From Chloroflexota bacterium (GTDB lineage: Bacteria; Chloroflexota; Limnocylindria; Limnocylindrales; CSP1-4): DNA of 64,000 bases. The position numbers and the translations under genes were made by a program. Shown here piece by piece: positions 43,499-56,226 of the stretch (its first letter is position 1; each line of letters starts with the position of its first letter). The stretch covers positions 26,286 to 90,285 of the forward strand of contig JAFMJV010000001.1 in assembly GCA_017853275.1 (NCBI GenBank), given 5' to 3'. The notes below the pieces were generated by a model. The model was not told the DNA's origin, made no database searches, and worked only from the letters and a program-made list of their open reading frames with translations.

Positions 43499-44361
43499 TC
43501 CCCGCGGCCTTCGACTACCGGCGCGCCGACGGCCTGGACGACGTCCTCGCAGCGCTCGCCACGGATGCCCCGGTCACCCTCCTCGCGGGGGGGCAGAGCC
43601 TCCTCCCGCTCCTCAAGCTCCGGCTTGCCGAGGTGGGGACGCTCCTGGATATCGGCCGGATCCCGGAGCTCCACGGCGTGCGCGTGCGTGACGAGGGTGG
43701 GATCGCGATCGGCGCCACGACCACCTGGAACGAGATCCTCGAGGACCCGCTCGTCGCCGCCCACGCCCCGCTCCTCCGGCAGGTCGTGGCCGGGATCGGC
43801 GACGTCCAGGTCCGGAACCGCGGCACGATCGGCGGCAGCGTCGCCCACGCGGATCCCGCGGCGGATATCGTCCCCGCTCTCCTCGCCCTGGACGCCACGA
43901 TCGCCCTCCGGTCCGCCACGAGCCGGCGCGCCGGCCCGGCGGACGGCTTCTTCCGCGGCCCCTTCGAGACCGTCCGCCGCTCGGACGAGCTGATCGTCGA
44001 GATCCGCATCCCGGCCCTCCCCGCCGGCGCGGGCGGAGCCTGGGAGGCGGTCAGCCAGCCCGCGTCGGGGTGGTCGATCGCCGCCGCCGCCGCGGTCCTC
44101 GCGGTGAGCGACGGCCGGATCTCCCACGCGCGGGTCGCCCTCGGTGGCGCCGGCGAGTGCGGCGTCCGCGCGAAGGCTGTCGAGGCGGCGCTCGTGGACC
44201 GCCCGGCCACCCCCGAGACGCTCACCGCCGCCGCATCCGCTGCCACGGAGGGGATCGCCGTCCAGGGCGACCTCCACGCGGATGCCGCCTACCGCACGTC
44301 GGTCGCCCGCGTCGTCGTCCGCCGCGCCCTCGAGGCCGCCCGCGCCCGTGCCGCCGGCTGA
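43495..44361 (+). CDS. FAD-binding medium subunit (CoxM/CutM-like)
   Basis: [37 protein letters not shown] overlap with the small subunit gene. Confidence 0.9.
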   Translation: MIPAAFDYRRADGLDDVLAALATDAPVTLLAGGQSLLPLLKLRLAEVGTLLDIGRIPELHGVRVRDEGGIAIGATTTWNEILEDPLVAAHAPLLRQVVAGIGDVQVRNRGTIGGSVAHADPAADIVPALLALDATIALRSATSRRAGPADGFFRGPFETVRRSDELIVEIRIPALPAGAGGAWEAVSQPASGWSIAAAAAVLAVSDGRISHARVALGGAGECGVRAKAVEAALVDRPATPETLTAAASAATEGIAVQGDLHADAAYRTSVARVVVRRALEAARARAAG

Positions 44362-44388
44362 GCCCCCCGCCGGGGCTCCCGATCGGCG

Positions 44389-45480
44389 ATGAAGGTCCTG
44401 CGCATCCGGCCCGGGGAGCCTCTCCCCGCCGGTCTCGCCGGCGCCATCCTGTGCCGGGACGTGCGCGTGGGGGGCGATCCCTGGGCGAAGGGCCGCCGCC
44501 TCACCGCTGACGATCTCGCGCGCCTCGCCGCCGGGCCGGTGAGCCGGCGCGGCGTCTGGGCGGGCTCCGGTCGCGATCCGGCGGAGCTCACCCTCCTCCT
44601 CCCCGACGCCGCCGACCTCCACGAGGACGAGGCGGCGAGCCGGATCGCGGCCGCGATCTCCGGGCCGGGCCTCATCGCCGGTGACCCCGCGGAGAGCCGC
44701 GTCGACCTTCGGGCGCGCCACGATGGCGTCGTCCGCGTCCGGCCCGGTGCGCTCGCGCGTCTTGCCCGCCTGGACGGGATCTCCGCCTTCACGATCCTCG
44801 ATGGGCGGGCGGTCGCGGCGGGGAGCCTGGTCGCCGCCGTGAAGACCGGCCCGCACCTCGTGCCTGCGGCCCTCGTGGAGCGGGCGTGCCGGATCGGTGC
44901 GCTCGGCGGTCCCCTCGTCGACCTTCTGCCCTACCGTCCGATCCCCCTCGCCGCGGCCGTCCGCGAGCACCTCGCCCCCGCCGCCCGGGACCGCTTCGCC
45001 GCCGGGCTCGCCGCGCGCGCCGCGGGGCTCGGGGCGCGGCTCGCGGGGATCGCCGACCTCCCGGACGATCCGGCAGGTGCGGCCGCCGTTCTCGGGGAGC
45101 TCGTCCGTGGTCCGGCGCGCGGGGGCGTGATCCTCGTGGCAGGGGCCGCCTCCACGGACCCGGCCGACCCGGTCCTCCTCGCGCTCGACCGGCTCGGCGC
45201 CCGTGTCGTGAGCCACGGCGTCCCCGCCCACCCCGGGTCGATGCTCCTCCTCGCCCGCCTCCGCGGGACGGCGATCATCGCCCTCCCGACCTGCGGCGCC
45301 TACTCGCGTGCGACTGCGGCCGACCTCCTCCTCCCGTGGCTCGCCGCAGGCGCTCCGCCGACCCGCGCCACCGTGGCGCGCCTCGCCCACGGCGGGATCC
45401 TCGACCGAGACCAGCGCCACCGCTTCCCGCCCTACGCGCGGGCGCTCCCGGACCCGGGAGAGGAGCCGGGGGAGGGGTGA
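44389..45480 (+). CDS. Molybdopterin-binding (MoCF_biosynth/MoeA-CinA-like) domain protein
   Basis: C-terminal GGVILVAGAASTDPADPVLLALDRLGARVVSHGVPAHPGSMLLLARLRGTAIIALPTCG resembles the MoCF-binding fold. Confidence 0.65.
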   Translation: MKVLRIRPGEPLPAGLAGAILCRDVRVGGDPWAKGRRLTADDLARLAAGPVSRRGVWAGSGRDPAELTLLLPDAADLHEDEAASRIAAAISGPGLIAGDPAESRVDLRARHDGVVRVRPGALARLARLDGISAFTILDGRAVAAGSLVAAVKTGPHLVPAALVERACRIGALGGPLVDLLPYRPIPLAAAVREHLAPAARDRFAAGLAARAAGLGARLAGIADLPDDPAGAAAVLGELVRGPARGGVILVAGAASTDPADPVLLALDRLGARVVSHGVPAHPGSMLLLARLRGTAIIALPTCGAYSRATAADLLLPWLAAGAPPTRATVARLAHGGILDRDQRHRFPPYARALPDPGEEPGEG

Positions 45481-46421
45481 CGGTGTACCCTTCGCCCGTG
45501 AGCTCCCAGGACCCCGGCCGCCCGGACGCCACCCGCTCGATCGACGGCCTCCGTGACGTGATGGCGGGCCACGGCTACATCGCCGACCGCGCCCTCGCCA
45601 CCGTCCTCTTCCTCGGCCTCGAGCTCGGCCGCCCCGTCCTCCTCGAGGGTGAGGCGGGCGTGGGCAAGACGGAGGTCGCGAAGGTCCTCTCCGCGGTCCT
45701 CGGCGGGCGGCTCATCCGCCTCCAGTGCTACGAGGGCCTGGACGCGACGACCGCGATCTACGAGTGGAACTACCCGCGCCAGATGCTCGAGATCCGGCTC
45801 CTCGAGGCGCGCGGCGAGGCGCGCGCCGCCACGGCCCACGACATCTTCGCGCCCGACTTCCTCATCCGCCGCCCCCTCCTCCAGGCGCTGGAAGCGGCGG
45901 ACGGCGTGCCGCCGGTCCTCCTCATCGACGAGATCGACCGTGCGGACGAGGAGTTCGAGGCCTTCCTCCTCGAGATCCTCTCCGACTTCCAGGTGACGAT
46001 CCCGGAGATCGGGACGATCCGCGCCACCCACCCGCCGCGCGTCATCCTCACCTCGAACCGGACCCGCGAGGTCCACGACGCGCTGAAGCGGCGCTGCCTC
46101 TTCCACTGGATCGACTACCCGGAGGCGGAGAAGGAAGCCGCGATCGTGCGCGCCCGCATCCCGGGGATCCCGGACGAGCTCGCCCGCCAGGTCGTGGCCT
46201 TCGTCGCCCGCCTGCGGACCGCGGACCTCACGAAGCTCCCCGGCGTCGCCGAGACGATCGACTGGGCGGCCGCCCTCCTCGCCCTCGGGACCCCGGCGCT
46301 CACCCCCGAGGTCGTCGATCCCACCCTCGGGGTCCTCCTGAAGTACGAGGAGGACCTGCGCGCGATCCGGGGTGCGCGCGCCGCCGGGTTCGTGGCGGAG
46401 GTCGCCGGGGGCGGCGCGTGA
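45477..46421 (+). CDS. MoxR-type AAA+ ATPase (CoxD-like)
   Basis: Walker A GEAGVGKTE, Walker B LLIDEIDRADEE, TSNRTREVHDALKRR. GTG 45477 in a GTGA overlap. Confidence 0.9.
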   Translation: MTVYPSPVSSQDPGRPDATRSIDGLRDVMAGHGYIADRALATVLFLGLELGRPVLLEGEAGVGKTEVAKVLSAVLGGRLIRLQCYEGLDATTAIYEWNYPRQMLEIRLLEARGEARAATAHDIFAPDFLIRRPLLQALEAADGVPPVLLIDEIDRADEEFEAFLLEILSDFQVTIPEIGTIRATHPPRVILTSNRTREVHDALKRRCLFHWIDYPEAEKEAAIVRARIPGIPDELARQVVAFVARLRTADLTKLPGVAETIDWAAALLALGTPALTPEVVDPTLGVLLKYEEDLRAIRGARAAGFVAEVAGGGA

Positions 46422-47638
46422 GCGCGTCCGCCGGCGATCCCGGCTCTTCCGGCGTCTCCCCGGACGCCCTCCTCGCGGCGATCCTCGGCTTCGGGCGCGA
46501 GCTGCGCGCCGCCGGCCTCGCGGGCGATCTCCCCGCCCTCCTCGACTTCGGGCGCGCCCTCGCGGCGCTGGGGATCGAGGAGCGGGAGACCGTGCGCGTC
46601 GCGGGGGAGGCGCTCTTCGTCCGCCACCGGGACGAGATCCCCCTCTACGACGCCTGCTTCGCGCGCTTCTGGGACCGGCGCCGGCGGACCCTCGAGGTGA
46701 CGCTCCCGGTGAGCGACCCCGACGCGCCGCCCGGCGGCGAGGAGCGCGGCCTCGTCCCGGGCACGGAGCCGGCGCGCGCCGGCGAGCTCGCGGTCCCCAC
46801 CGATGCCGAGGAGGGCGAAGGGGAGGGGGAGGGGAGCCTCCTCACCTGGAGCGCGGGGGAGCGGCTCCGCTCCACGGCCTTCGACCGGATGTCCGCGGAC
46901 GAGCTGCGCGAGGCGGAGCGGGCGATCGACCGGATGATCATCCGGCTCCCGGAGCGCCGGATGCGCCGCTGGCGCCTCCACGCATCCGGCCGGATCCTCG
47001 CACCGCGGCCGATGATGCGCCGCAACCTGGCCACCGGCGGCGACCCGCTCACCTGGCTCTGGCGCCGCCCGCGGACCGAGCCGCGGAGCCTCGTCCTCCT
47101 GTGCGACATCAGCGGCTCGATGGAGCGCCACGCCCGCCTCCTCCTCCGCTTCAGCCACGCCCTCTCCCGCTCCGACGTGCGCACGGAGGCCTTCGTCTTC
47201 GGGACGCGGCTCACCCGGATCACCCCCGCGCTCCGCCTCCGTGACCCCGACCGCGCCCTGGACGCGGTCACCGCATCCGTGGACGACTGGTCCGGCGGGA
47301 CCCGCATCGGCGGTGCCTTCCGCGAGTTCAACCAGCGCTGGGCGCGGCGCGTCCTCCGCACGAGCGGGATCGTCATCGTCGTGAGCGACGGCTGGGACCG
47401 CGGGGACCCGGCGATCGTGGGCACGGAGACCGCGCGCCTGCGGCGCAGCTGCCACCGGCTCGTCTGGGTCAACCCGCTCGCCGGGTCGCGCGACTACCGC
47501 CCGCTCGCGGCGGGGATGGCGGCGGCCTACCCCCACCTCGATCTCTTCCTCCCCGGTCATGACCTTGCCAGCCTGGAATCGCTCGCGACCCTCCTCGCGG
47601 AGGGGGCGGGCTCCCGGGGCGGGGCCTCGCTCGCCTGA
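46418..47638 (+). CDS. vWA-domain protein (CoxE-like)
   Basis: VLLCDISGSM MIDAS motif, GGTRIG, VVSDGWDRGD. GTG 46418 in a GTGA overlap. Confidence 0.88.
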   Translation: MSASAGDPGSSGVSPDALLAAILGFGRELRAAGLAGDLPALLDFGRALAALGIEERETVRVAGEALFVRHRDEIPLYDACFARFWDRRRRTLEVTLPVSDPDAPPGGEERGLVPGTEPARAGELAVPTDAEEGEGEGEGSLLTWSAGERLRSTAFDRMSADELREAERAIDRMIIRLPERRMRRWRLHASGRILAPRPMMRRNLATGGDPLTWLWRRPRTEPRSLVLLCDISGSMERHARLLLRFSHALSRSDVRTEAFVFGTRLTRITPALRLRDPDRALDAVTASVDDWSGGTRIGGAFREFNQRWARRVLRTSGIVIVVSDGWDRGDPAIVGTETARLRRSCHRLVWVNPLAGSRDYRPLAAGMAAAYPHLDLFLPGHDLASLESLATLLAEGAGSRGGASLA

Positions 47639-47640
47639 TC

Positions 47641-48750
47641 ATGGAAGACCTGCTGCCGATCCTCGATGCGTGGGCCGCCGAGGGCGTCCGTGCCGGCCGG
47701 GCGGTCGTCATCCGCTCCTTCGGCAGCGCCCCGCGCCCGGTCGGCGCCGTCCTCGCCGCAACCGAGGACGGGCGGATCGCCGGCTCCGTCAGCGGCGGCT
47801 GCGTGGAAGGGGCTGCCGTCGGTGAGATCGAGCGCGCCCGGGCGGACGGGACGGCGCGGACGATCCGCTACGGGATCTCGGACGAGACCGCCCGCTCCGT
47901 CGGTCTCGCCTGCGGCGGGACGATCGACGTCCTCGTGGAGCCGCGGATCCGCCCCGAGCTGATCGCCGCCGCCCGGGAGCGTGGGCAGGTCGTGGCGATC
48001 CCGCTTCCGCCCGGCGGCCCGGGCGCCGATCCGGGTCCCGCGCTCCCCGGCGAGGGCCCGGCCGATCAGCCCGCGGTCGTGCTGGACGAGATGGGTGGCC
48101 GGACGGGCACCACCGGCGACCCGGAGGCCGACGCCCTCCTCGCTGCTGCCGCCGCCGATGCCCTCGCGACCGGCCGTCCCGCGGTCGTCCCGCTCGCCGG
48201 CCGGGAGTGGCTCCTCGAGGTCGCGCCGCGGCCGCCGCGCCTCGTCATCGTGGGTGCCGTCCAGGTCGCGATCCCGCTCGTCGCCCTCGCCCGGACGCTC
48301 GGCTGGCGGACGGTCGTCGTGGATGGCCGGCCCGCCTTCGCGACCCGTGAGCGCTTCCCGCACGCGGACGAGCTGATCGTGGGCTGGCCGGACGAGGCCG
48401 CGGAGGCGATCGGCCTCGGCCCCGCGGACAGCGTCGCCGTCCTCTCCCACGACGTGAAGTTCGACGAGCCCGCGATCGCGCTCGCGCTCGCCCGCGGCTG
48501 CCGCTACGTGGGCGCCGTCGGGAGCCGCCGGACCCAGGCGGACCGGCGGGAGCGGCTCCGTGCCGCCGGCGTGAGCGAGGAGGGGATCGCCCGCCTCCAC
48601 GGCCCGATCGGGCTCGACCTCGGCGGCCGCGAGCCGGCGGAGACGGCGCTCGCGATCCTTGCCGAGATCGTGGCCGCGCGCTTCGGCGGCTCGGGGCTCC
48701 CGCTCGCGCTGCGAGCCGCGGAGGCCGGCGCAGGCGGACCCCTGCGCTAG
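47641..48750 (+). CDS. XdhC/CoxF-family molybdoenzyme maturation protein
   Basis: N-terminal XdhC_CoxI-type segment (GSAPRPVGA...GSVSGGCVE) and a Rossmann segment (LVIVGAVQVAIPLVALA). Confidence 0.88.
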   Translation: MEDLLPILDAWAAEGVRAGRAVVIRSFGSAPRPVGAVLAATEDGRIAGSVSGGCVEGAAVGEIERARADGTARTIRYGISDETARSVGLACGGTIDVLVEPRIRPELIAAARERGQVVAIPLPPGGPGADPGPALPGEGPADQPAVVLDEMGGRTGTTGDPEADALLAAAAADALATGRPAVVPLAGREWLLEVAPRPPRLVIVGAVQVAIPLVALARTLGWRTVVVDGRPAFATRERFPHADELIVGWPDEAAEAIGLGPADSVAVLSHDVKFDEPAIALALARGCRYVGAVGSRRTQADRRERLRAAGVSEEGIARLHGPIGLDLGGREPAETALAILAEIVAARFGGSGLPLALRAAEAGAGGPLR

Positions 48751-48789
48751 ACTGTCCCCGACCCACCTCCCCGGCGCCGCGAGGTCACC

Positions 48790-49311
48790 GTGTCCGCTGA
48801 GACGCTCCGCTCCAAGATCCGCGAGGTCCCCGGCTTCCCCAAGCCCGGCATCCTCTTCTACGACATCACCACCCTCCTCCGCGACCGCGAGGCCTTCCAC
48901 GAGGCGGTGGAGCTGATGGTCGCCCCCTACCTGGAGTCCGGCATCGATCTCGTCGTGGGGATGGAATCGCGCGGCTTCATCTTCAGCGCCCCGATGGCCT
49001 ACCGGCTCGGGGCCGGGATGGTCCCCGTGCGCAAGCTGGGCAAGCTCCCCGCCGAGACGATCAGCGTGGAGTACAGCCTGGAGTACGGGACGAACACCCT
49101 GGAGATCCACCGCGACGCGATCGAGCCCGGCCAGCGGGTCCTCGTCGTGGACGACCTCCTCGCCACCGGCGGCACGGTCGTGGGGACGATCGACCTGATC
49201 CGCCAGCTCAAGGGAGAGGTCGTCGGCTGCAGCTTCCTCGTGGAGCTCGACTTCCTCAACGGCAGGGAGCGGCTCGGTGGGATCCCGATCAACAGCATCG
49301 TCCGGTACTGA
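48790..49311 (+). CDS. apt: Adenine phosphoribosyltransferase
   Basis: PGFPKPGILFYDIT, VGMESRGFIF, VLVVDDLLATGGT (PRPP motif). GTG start; GCTAGACT box at 48746-48753. Confidence 0.95.
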   Translation: MSAETLRSKIREVPGFPKPGILFYDITTLLRDREAFHEAVELMVAPYLESGIDLVVGMESRGFIFSAPMAYRLGAGMVPVRKLGKLPAETISVEYSLEYGTNTLEIHRDAIEPGQRVLVVDDLLATGGTVVGTIDLIRQLKGEVVGCSFLVELDFLNGRERLGGIPINSIVRY

Positions 49312-49315
49312 CGGG

Positions 49316-50769
49316 ATGGCACCCGAGCCGGGTGCCATCGAGCCGGAGCCGCCGGAAGCGCCCGGCGCGGACGGCCATGACCCCGCGCGCCGCCGCTTCT
49401 TCCGCTCCTTCGGCCGCCAGGCCTTCGACACCGCCGCCCAGGTCGTGGGGATCACCGGTGCCGTCTCCAAGGCCACGACCCAGGTCGCGGTCAACGTGGC
49501 CGGCATCCTCGCCGACCCGGACGGGACGGCGGAGCGGCTGAGCGCGGAGCCGGACGAGCCGGAGGCCGCCGCAGCACCCGCCGGAGCGAGCGGTCCGCCG
49601 GTCTCCCACCGGAGCCCCTATCGCCTCGCCGGCGACACCCTCCACCTGCTCGACCAGCGCTCCCTCCCCGGGCGGCTCGAGGAGCAGGTCTGCCGTCGCG
49701 GCTCGGATGTCGCCTTCTATGCGCGGGTCGGCGCGGTCGCCGGTGGCGCGCTCCTCGGCCAGCTCGCCGCCTACGGGCTCGCGCTCACCGCCCGCGAGGT
49801 CGTCCCCCGCTCGCATCCGGCGCGCCTCGCGGAGTGGGGCCGGGTCCTCCGGACCCTCCGCGGCATGCGCTCCGAGTCGCGGATGCTCGAGGTCGCGCTC
49901 GCCCGGATGGACGCGCTCCACGCGAGCTACGGCCCGGATGCGGACCCGGACCGGATCGCCCGCGACCTGCGTGCGGAGGCGGACCGGATCGCGATGGAAT
50001 CGCAGCTCGACCACGCGACGATCGCGCGCACGATCGCCGCCCGCCTCCCGTGCCCGGACGAGCGCCCGCTCGGGGTCCTCGTCCATGGCGCGCCGGGGAC
50101 CTCCACGGCCGGGATGGTCGGCGGAGCGCTCAACGCGCTCGCGCTCGTCGCGCAGGAAGGCCGGCCGATGCAGGTCTGGCTGACCGAGGGCGGGCCCGCC
50201 CTCCCCGGCCCGCGGCTCGCGGCGTGGGAGCTCGGCAATCACGGGATCGAGCCGGTCATCGTCCCGGACGCCGCGGTCGGCTCTCTTCTCGATACCCAGC
50301 CGGTCGACATCGTCCTCCTCGGGGCGGAGCGGATCTCCGTCGACGGCGAGGTCGCGAACGTCGTGGGGAGCCGGGTCGTGGCGGAGCTCGCCGCCGCTGC
50401 CCGCCGCGGTCCGGTCCCCGTCTGGGTCGCCGCGCCCGCGGAGGCGATCGATCCGGCGACGGCGGAGACGCCGATCGTCGTCGGGGAGCTCCGGCCGGCG
50501 CGCGAGATCCTCACCTACCGCACGGGCTGGAAGCCCGACCGGCCGGCCGCCTACATCCCCGTCCTCGACATCGTCCCCGCGGACCGGGTCGCCCTCGTCG
50601 TGACGGAGATCGGCGTCACGGAGCCCGGGCCCGGGACGCTCGCCCCCGTCCTTGCGGCGCGGCTCGCCCGCCGCCCCGCCCCGCCGGCGCCCTGGCAGCC
50701 CGCGCCCGGGGAGCCGGAGCCCGCCGGGGAGCCGGAGCGCGAGCCCGCCGCGGAGCCCGGCGCGCCGGC

Positions 50770-50773
<4 letters not shown>
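49316..50773 (+). CDS. eIF-2B alpha/beta/delta-family (MtnA-like) protein, divergent, with ~115-aa N-terminal extension
   Basis: Family core: LLDQRSLP...VLVHGAPGTSTAG...RLAAWELGNHGIEPVIVPDAA...LLGAERISVDGEVANVVGS...VWVAAP. The positions I align to the catalytic Cys and Asp of MtnA read Gly and Glu. Confidence 0.7.
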
Positions 50774-52967
<2,194 letters not shown>

Positions 52968-52977
52968 CGGTCTCCCT

Positions 52978-52993
52978 CCGGGGCTGCCCCCGG
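52978..52993. terminator. Short hairpin between convergent ahcY and the unknown gene
   Basis: CCGGGG-CTGC-CCCCGG. Confidence 0.3.
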
Positions 52994-53001
52994 GCGGCCC
53001 G

Positions 53002-53724
53002 CTAGGCGGGGCTCGCGTCCCCGAGGAGCGCCGCGGTGGACGCCGCATCCAGGCGGGCGAGCAGCCGCTCGCCCGCCGCCCATGCCTCCGCGTGGTCCCT
53101 GCGCAGCCGGAACTCCTCGTGGGCCACGGTGCGCGCAAGGTCCGCGTGGAGCCGGCGCAGGATCTCGCTCTGCCGGTGGCGTCGCGCGGTCTCCGCCACG
53201 AAGCACGCGTAGCGCGCGAGCGGGTCCGCGGTCGCCTCCTCCGCCTCGAAGCGGGCATCGCCTCCGGCTGCCGCGCGGAGCCGGGCGAAGAAGGCCCCCA
53301 CATCCGCCGCCCCCTCGTCCCAGCCCTGGGAGTGGCCGCCCCGCCGCAGCAGGGGGGCGGGCGAGGAGAAGACCGCGATCAGGGCCTCATCGATCCGCTC
53401 CGCCTGGACCCGTCCGCCGAAGGAGTACCACTCGTTCGTGGCCCGGACCCGGTCCACGACGCGGATCATCCCCCACGTCGTCTCCCGGTCGAGCGGGAGA
53501 CGCGCGGTCCGGTCGAGCACCTGGCTCGTCCCCCGGCCCGCTTCCGCGACCCAGTACTCCACGCTCTCCGGGTCGTAGTGGGCGAGCGTCGGGTGGGGGC
53601 GGATCGCGACGAGCAGCCAGCTCGGCCCGGCGATATCCGGCAGGTCGGAGTGCGCGAGGAAGCCCCACGCAGCGAGCATGGGCGCCGCGCCCGCCGGGTC
53701 GATCGCTTCCGGGATCCGAGTCAT
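53002..53724 (-). CDS. Hypothetical protein (240 aa), no recognisable motifs
   Basis: ATG 53724 with GGGAGG 6 nt upstream. Balanced composition, unlike shadow ORFs. High GC3 in this frame. Confidence 0.6.
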   Translation of the reverse strand: MTRIPEAIDPAGAAPMLAAWGFLAHSDLPDIAGPSWLLVAIRPHPTLAHYDPESVEYWVAEAGRGTSQVLDRTARLPLDRETTWGMIRVVDRVRATNEWYSFGGRVQAERIDEALIAVFSSPAPLLRRGGHSQGWDEGAADVGAFFARLRAAAGGDARFEAEEATADPLARYACFVAETARRHRQSEILRRLHADLARTVAHEEFRLRRDHAEAWAAGERLLARLDAASTAALLGDASPA

Positions 53725-53833
53725 CGCAGTCCTCCCGGGGGAACGGTAGCGCAGGATCCCCGGGGGTGGGCCCGCACGGGCAGGGCGGGCGCCCCCGCCC
53801 GTGCTACGATTCAGCCGAGCAGGGAAGGAGCCC

Positions 53834-55057
53834 ATGACCAGCATCCTCGATGCCAAGCGCTATCTCTTCACGTCCGAGTCCGTGACCGAAGGTCACCCGG
53901 ACAAGATGTGCGACCAGATCTCGGACGCGATCCTCGACGCGATCATCGCGAAGGATCCGGACGCGCGGGTCGCCTGCGAGACCGCCACCACCACCGGCCT
54001 CGTCGTCGTCATCGGGGAGATCACCACCTCCGCCTACGTGGATATCCAGACGGTCGTCCGCGAGACGGTCAAGGGGATCGGCTACACCAAGGCGGAGTAC
54101 GGCTTCGACTACGAGACCTGCGGCACGCTCGTCTCGATCAAGGAGCAGTCGCGCGATATCGCCCAGGGCGTGGACGCGGCCGCGGAGGTCCGGGACGATC
54201 CCCGGTCCCGGGACGAGCTCGGCGCGGGCGACCAGGGGATGATGTTCGGGTTCGCCTGCCGCGAGACCCCGGAGCTCATGCCCCTCCCGATCGCGCTCGC
54301 GCACCGGATGGCACGCCGGCTCGCCGAGGCCCGCAAGAGCGGCCAGCTCGCCTACCTGCGCCCGGACGGCAAGACCCAGGTCACCGTGGAGTACGCGGAA
54401 GGGCGCCCCGTCGCGGTCCCCACCGTCGTCCTCTCCACCCAGCACGACCCGGACGTGGACCCGGAGCGGCTCCGCCGCGAGGTGATCGATGCGGTGATCA
54501 TGCCCACGATCGACCCCGCCCTCCGGACGCAGGAGCCGGTCATCTACGTCAACCCCACCGGCCGCTTCGTGACCGGCGGGCCCAAGGGCGATGCCGGCCT
54601 CACCGGCCGCAAGATCATCGTGGACACCTACGGCGGGATGGCCCGTCACGGCGGCGGCGCCTTCTCCGGCAAGGACCCGACGAAGGTCGACCGGTCCGCC
54701 GCCTACGCGGCGCGCTGGGTCGCCAAGAACATCGTCGCGGCGGGGATCGCGGACCGCTTCGAGGTCGAGGTCGCCTACGGGATCGGGATCGCGCACCCGC
54801 TCAGCCTCTCCGTGGAGAGCTTCGGCACGGGCCGGATCCCGGACGAGCGGATCGTGGAGCTGATCGGCGCCCACTTCGACCTCCGCCCCTCGCGGATCAT
54901 CGACACCCTCGAGCTGCGCAACCCGATCTACCGCCAGACGGCGGCCTACGGGCACTTCGGTCGCGCGGACCTCGATCTCCCCTGGGAGCGCACGACGAAG
55001 GCCGAGGCTCTCGCCCGCGACGCCGGTCTCCCGGCGCCGCCGCCCCGCCCGGTCTGA
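53834..55057 (+). CDS. metK: S-adenosylmethionine synthetase
   Basis: [57 protein letters not shown]; GCTACGAT box at 53803-53810. Confidence 0.97.
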   Translation: MTSILDAKRYLFTSESVTEGHPDKMCDQISDAILDAIIAKDPDARVACETATTTGLVVVIGEITTSAYVDIQTVVRETVKGIGYTKAEYGFDYETCGTLVSIKEQSRDIAQGVDAAAEVRDDPRSRDELGAGDQGMMFGFACRETPELMPLPIALAHRMARRLAEARKSGQLAYLRPDGKTQVTVEYAEGRPVAVPTVVLSTQHDPDVDPERLRREVIDAVIMPTIDPALRTQEPVIYVNPTGRFVTGGPKGDAGLTGRKIIVDTYGGMARHGGGAFSGKDPTKVDRSAAYAARWVAKNIVAAGIADRFEVEVAYGIGIAHPLSLSVESFGTGRIPDERIVELIGAHFDLRPSRIIDTLELRNPIYRQTAAYGHFGRADLDLPWERTTKAEALARDAGLPAPPPRPV

Positions 55058-55112
55058 TCCCGGGCGGCCGAGGCCGTCCCATCCGGGACCCGGAGCCCCC
55101 GGCCGGCTCTGC

Positions 55113-56222
55113 TCAGGAGCGCCGGCCGCGCAGCTCCTCTGCCACCGCGAGATAGCGGTCGGCCGTCTTCGCCACGGTCAGCTCCTCGCGTAGCCGCACG
55201 ACCGCCGGGTCCACCTCCGGCAGGTCGCCCGCGAGCGCCTCGCGGACCGCCGCGGCGATCCGGTCCGGCTCCGGCTCCCCGAGGAAGCGGAGCGCACCCG
55301 GCACGCGTGCGTCGTACTCGCGGAAGCCGGGCAGGTCGCTGACGAGGATCGGCTTCCCGGCCGCGATCCAGGTGGAGAGCGACCCGGAGGCGGAGAGGTC
55401 CCGGAAGGGGAGAAGGGCGAGATGGCTCGCCGAGATCCAGGCCTCCAGGTCCTCCTCGGAGAGATAGCCGGTGACGCGCAGCCGATCCTCGATCCCGAGC
55501 TCCCTGCGGCGCTGCTTCACGACCCCGAGCACCTTGTCCCGGCCTGCCACGGGACCGCCCGCGTAGACGACGAGGACATCCTCCGGGAGCTGCGGGATCG
55601 CCTCCACGGTCGGCTTGTGCCCCTTCCGGCCGTAGATGAAGCCGAGGATCGTGACGACCCGCCGGTCCGCCACACCGAGCCGCTCGCGCGCCTCCGCCGG
55701 GCCGAGGGCGAGCCGGCGCTCCTCCACGAAGTGGGGGATGACGCGCAGCTTCTCCGCGGGGACGATCCCGCGCAGCCGCTCCACCTCCACCTCGGAGTGG
55801 ACGATCAGCCGGTCCGCGCTCCGGCCGAGCATGCGCAGGCTCCAGACCTCCGGCATCAGCCAGCGATCGCGGATCCGCGGGCGGTCGAAGACGTCATGAA
55901 GGGTCGCGATCAGCGGGCCGCGCCAGGCGCGTCGGAAGTCGAGGAAGCGGGCGACGGAGCGCGGGCCGCGTCCCCAGCCACGCCGGTTCCACTGCATGAG
56001 GACGACCTCGGCCCCCGCGTCCCGGAAGGCCGCCCCGTGGCGCCCGAGCCCGCCCGCCCGGCCCTCGAGGAGCCCGGCATCCGCCTCGATGATCCGCAGC
56101 TCCGGGCGGGCGGCGAGCTCGTCCGCGACGATCCGCGCGTAGCGCCGGACGCCGCTCTCCGGGCGGCCGACCTGGAGGATCCCGAGGGTGGGCCGGCCAT
56201 CGCCCCCCGAGCGCTCGGTCAC
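55113..56222 (-). CDS. GT-B glycosyltransferase, cassette A (GT4-like but lacking EX7E)
   Basis: Paralog of 58548..59627 (GILQVGRPESGVRRYARIVA, LHDVFDR, VIPHFVEE). C-terminal LSASGSLSTWIAAGKPILVSD sits where GT4 enzymes carry E-x7-E. GTG start. Confidence 0.8.
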   Translation of the reverse strand: MTERSGGDGRPTLGILQVGRPESGVRRYARIVADELAARPELRIIEADAGLLEGRAGGLGRHGAAFRDAGAEVVLMQWNRRGWGRGPRSVARFLDFRRAWRGPLIATLHDVFDRPRIRDRWLMPEVWSLRMLGRSADRLIVHSEVEVERLRGIVPAEKLRVIPHFVEERRLALGPAEARERLGVADRRVVTILGFIYGRKGHKPTVEAIPQLPEDVLVVYAGGPVAGRDKVLGVVKQRRRELGIEDRLRVTGYLSEEDLEAWISASHLALLPFRDLSASGSLSTWIAAGKPILVSDLPGFREYDARVPGALRFLGEPEPDRIAAAVREALAGDLPEVDPAVVRLREELTVAKTADRYLAVAEELRGRRS

Positions 56223-56226
56223 CCGC

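Noticed and set aside
49388-49510. ARRRFFRSFG in the MtnA-like N-terminal extension as a Tat signal peptide
   Set aside because: The following segment (RQAFDTAAQVVGITGAVSKATTQVAVNVAG) is too polar for an h-region, and there is no AxA site. The family is cytoplasmic.
53725-53833. GC-rich hairpins upstream of metK as a possible SAM riboswitch (also an SAH riboswitch for ahcY)
   Set aside because: The GCTACGAT -10-like box (53803-53810) lies downstream of the hairpins, leaving only a ~17-nt leader. I could not match any SAM-I/IV or SAM/SAH conserved core. ahcY has no leader at all because of its GTGA coupling to the GNAT gene.
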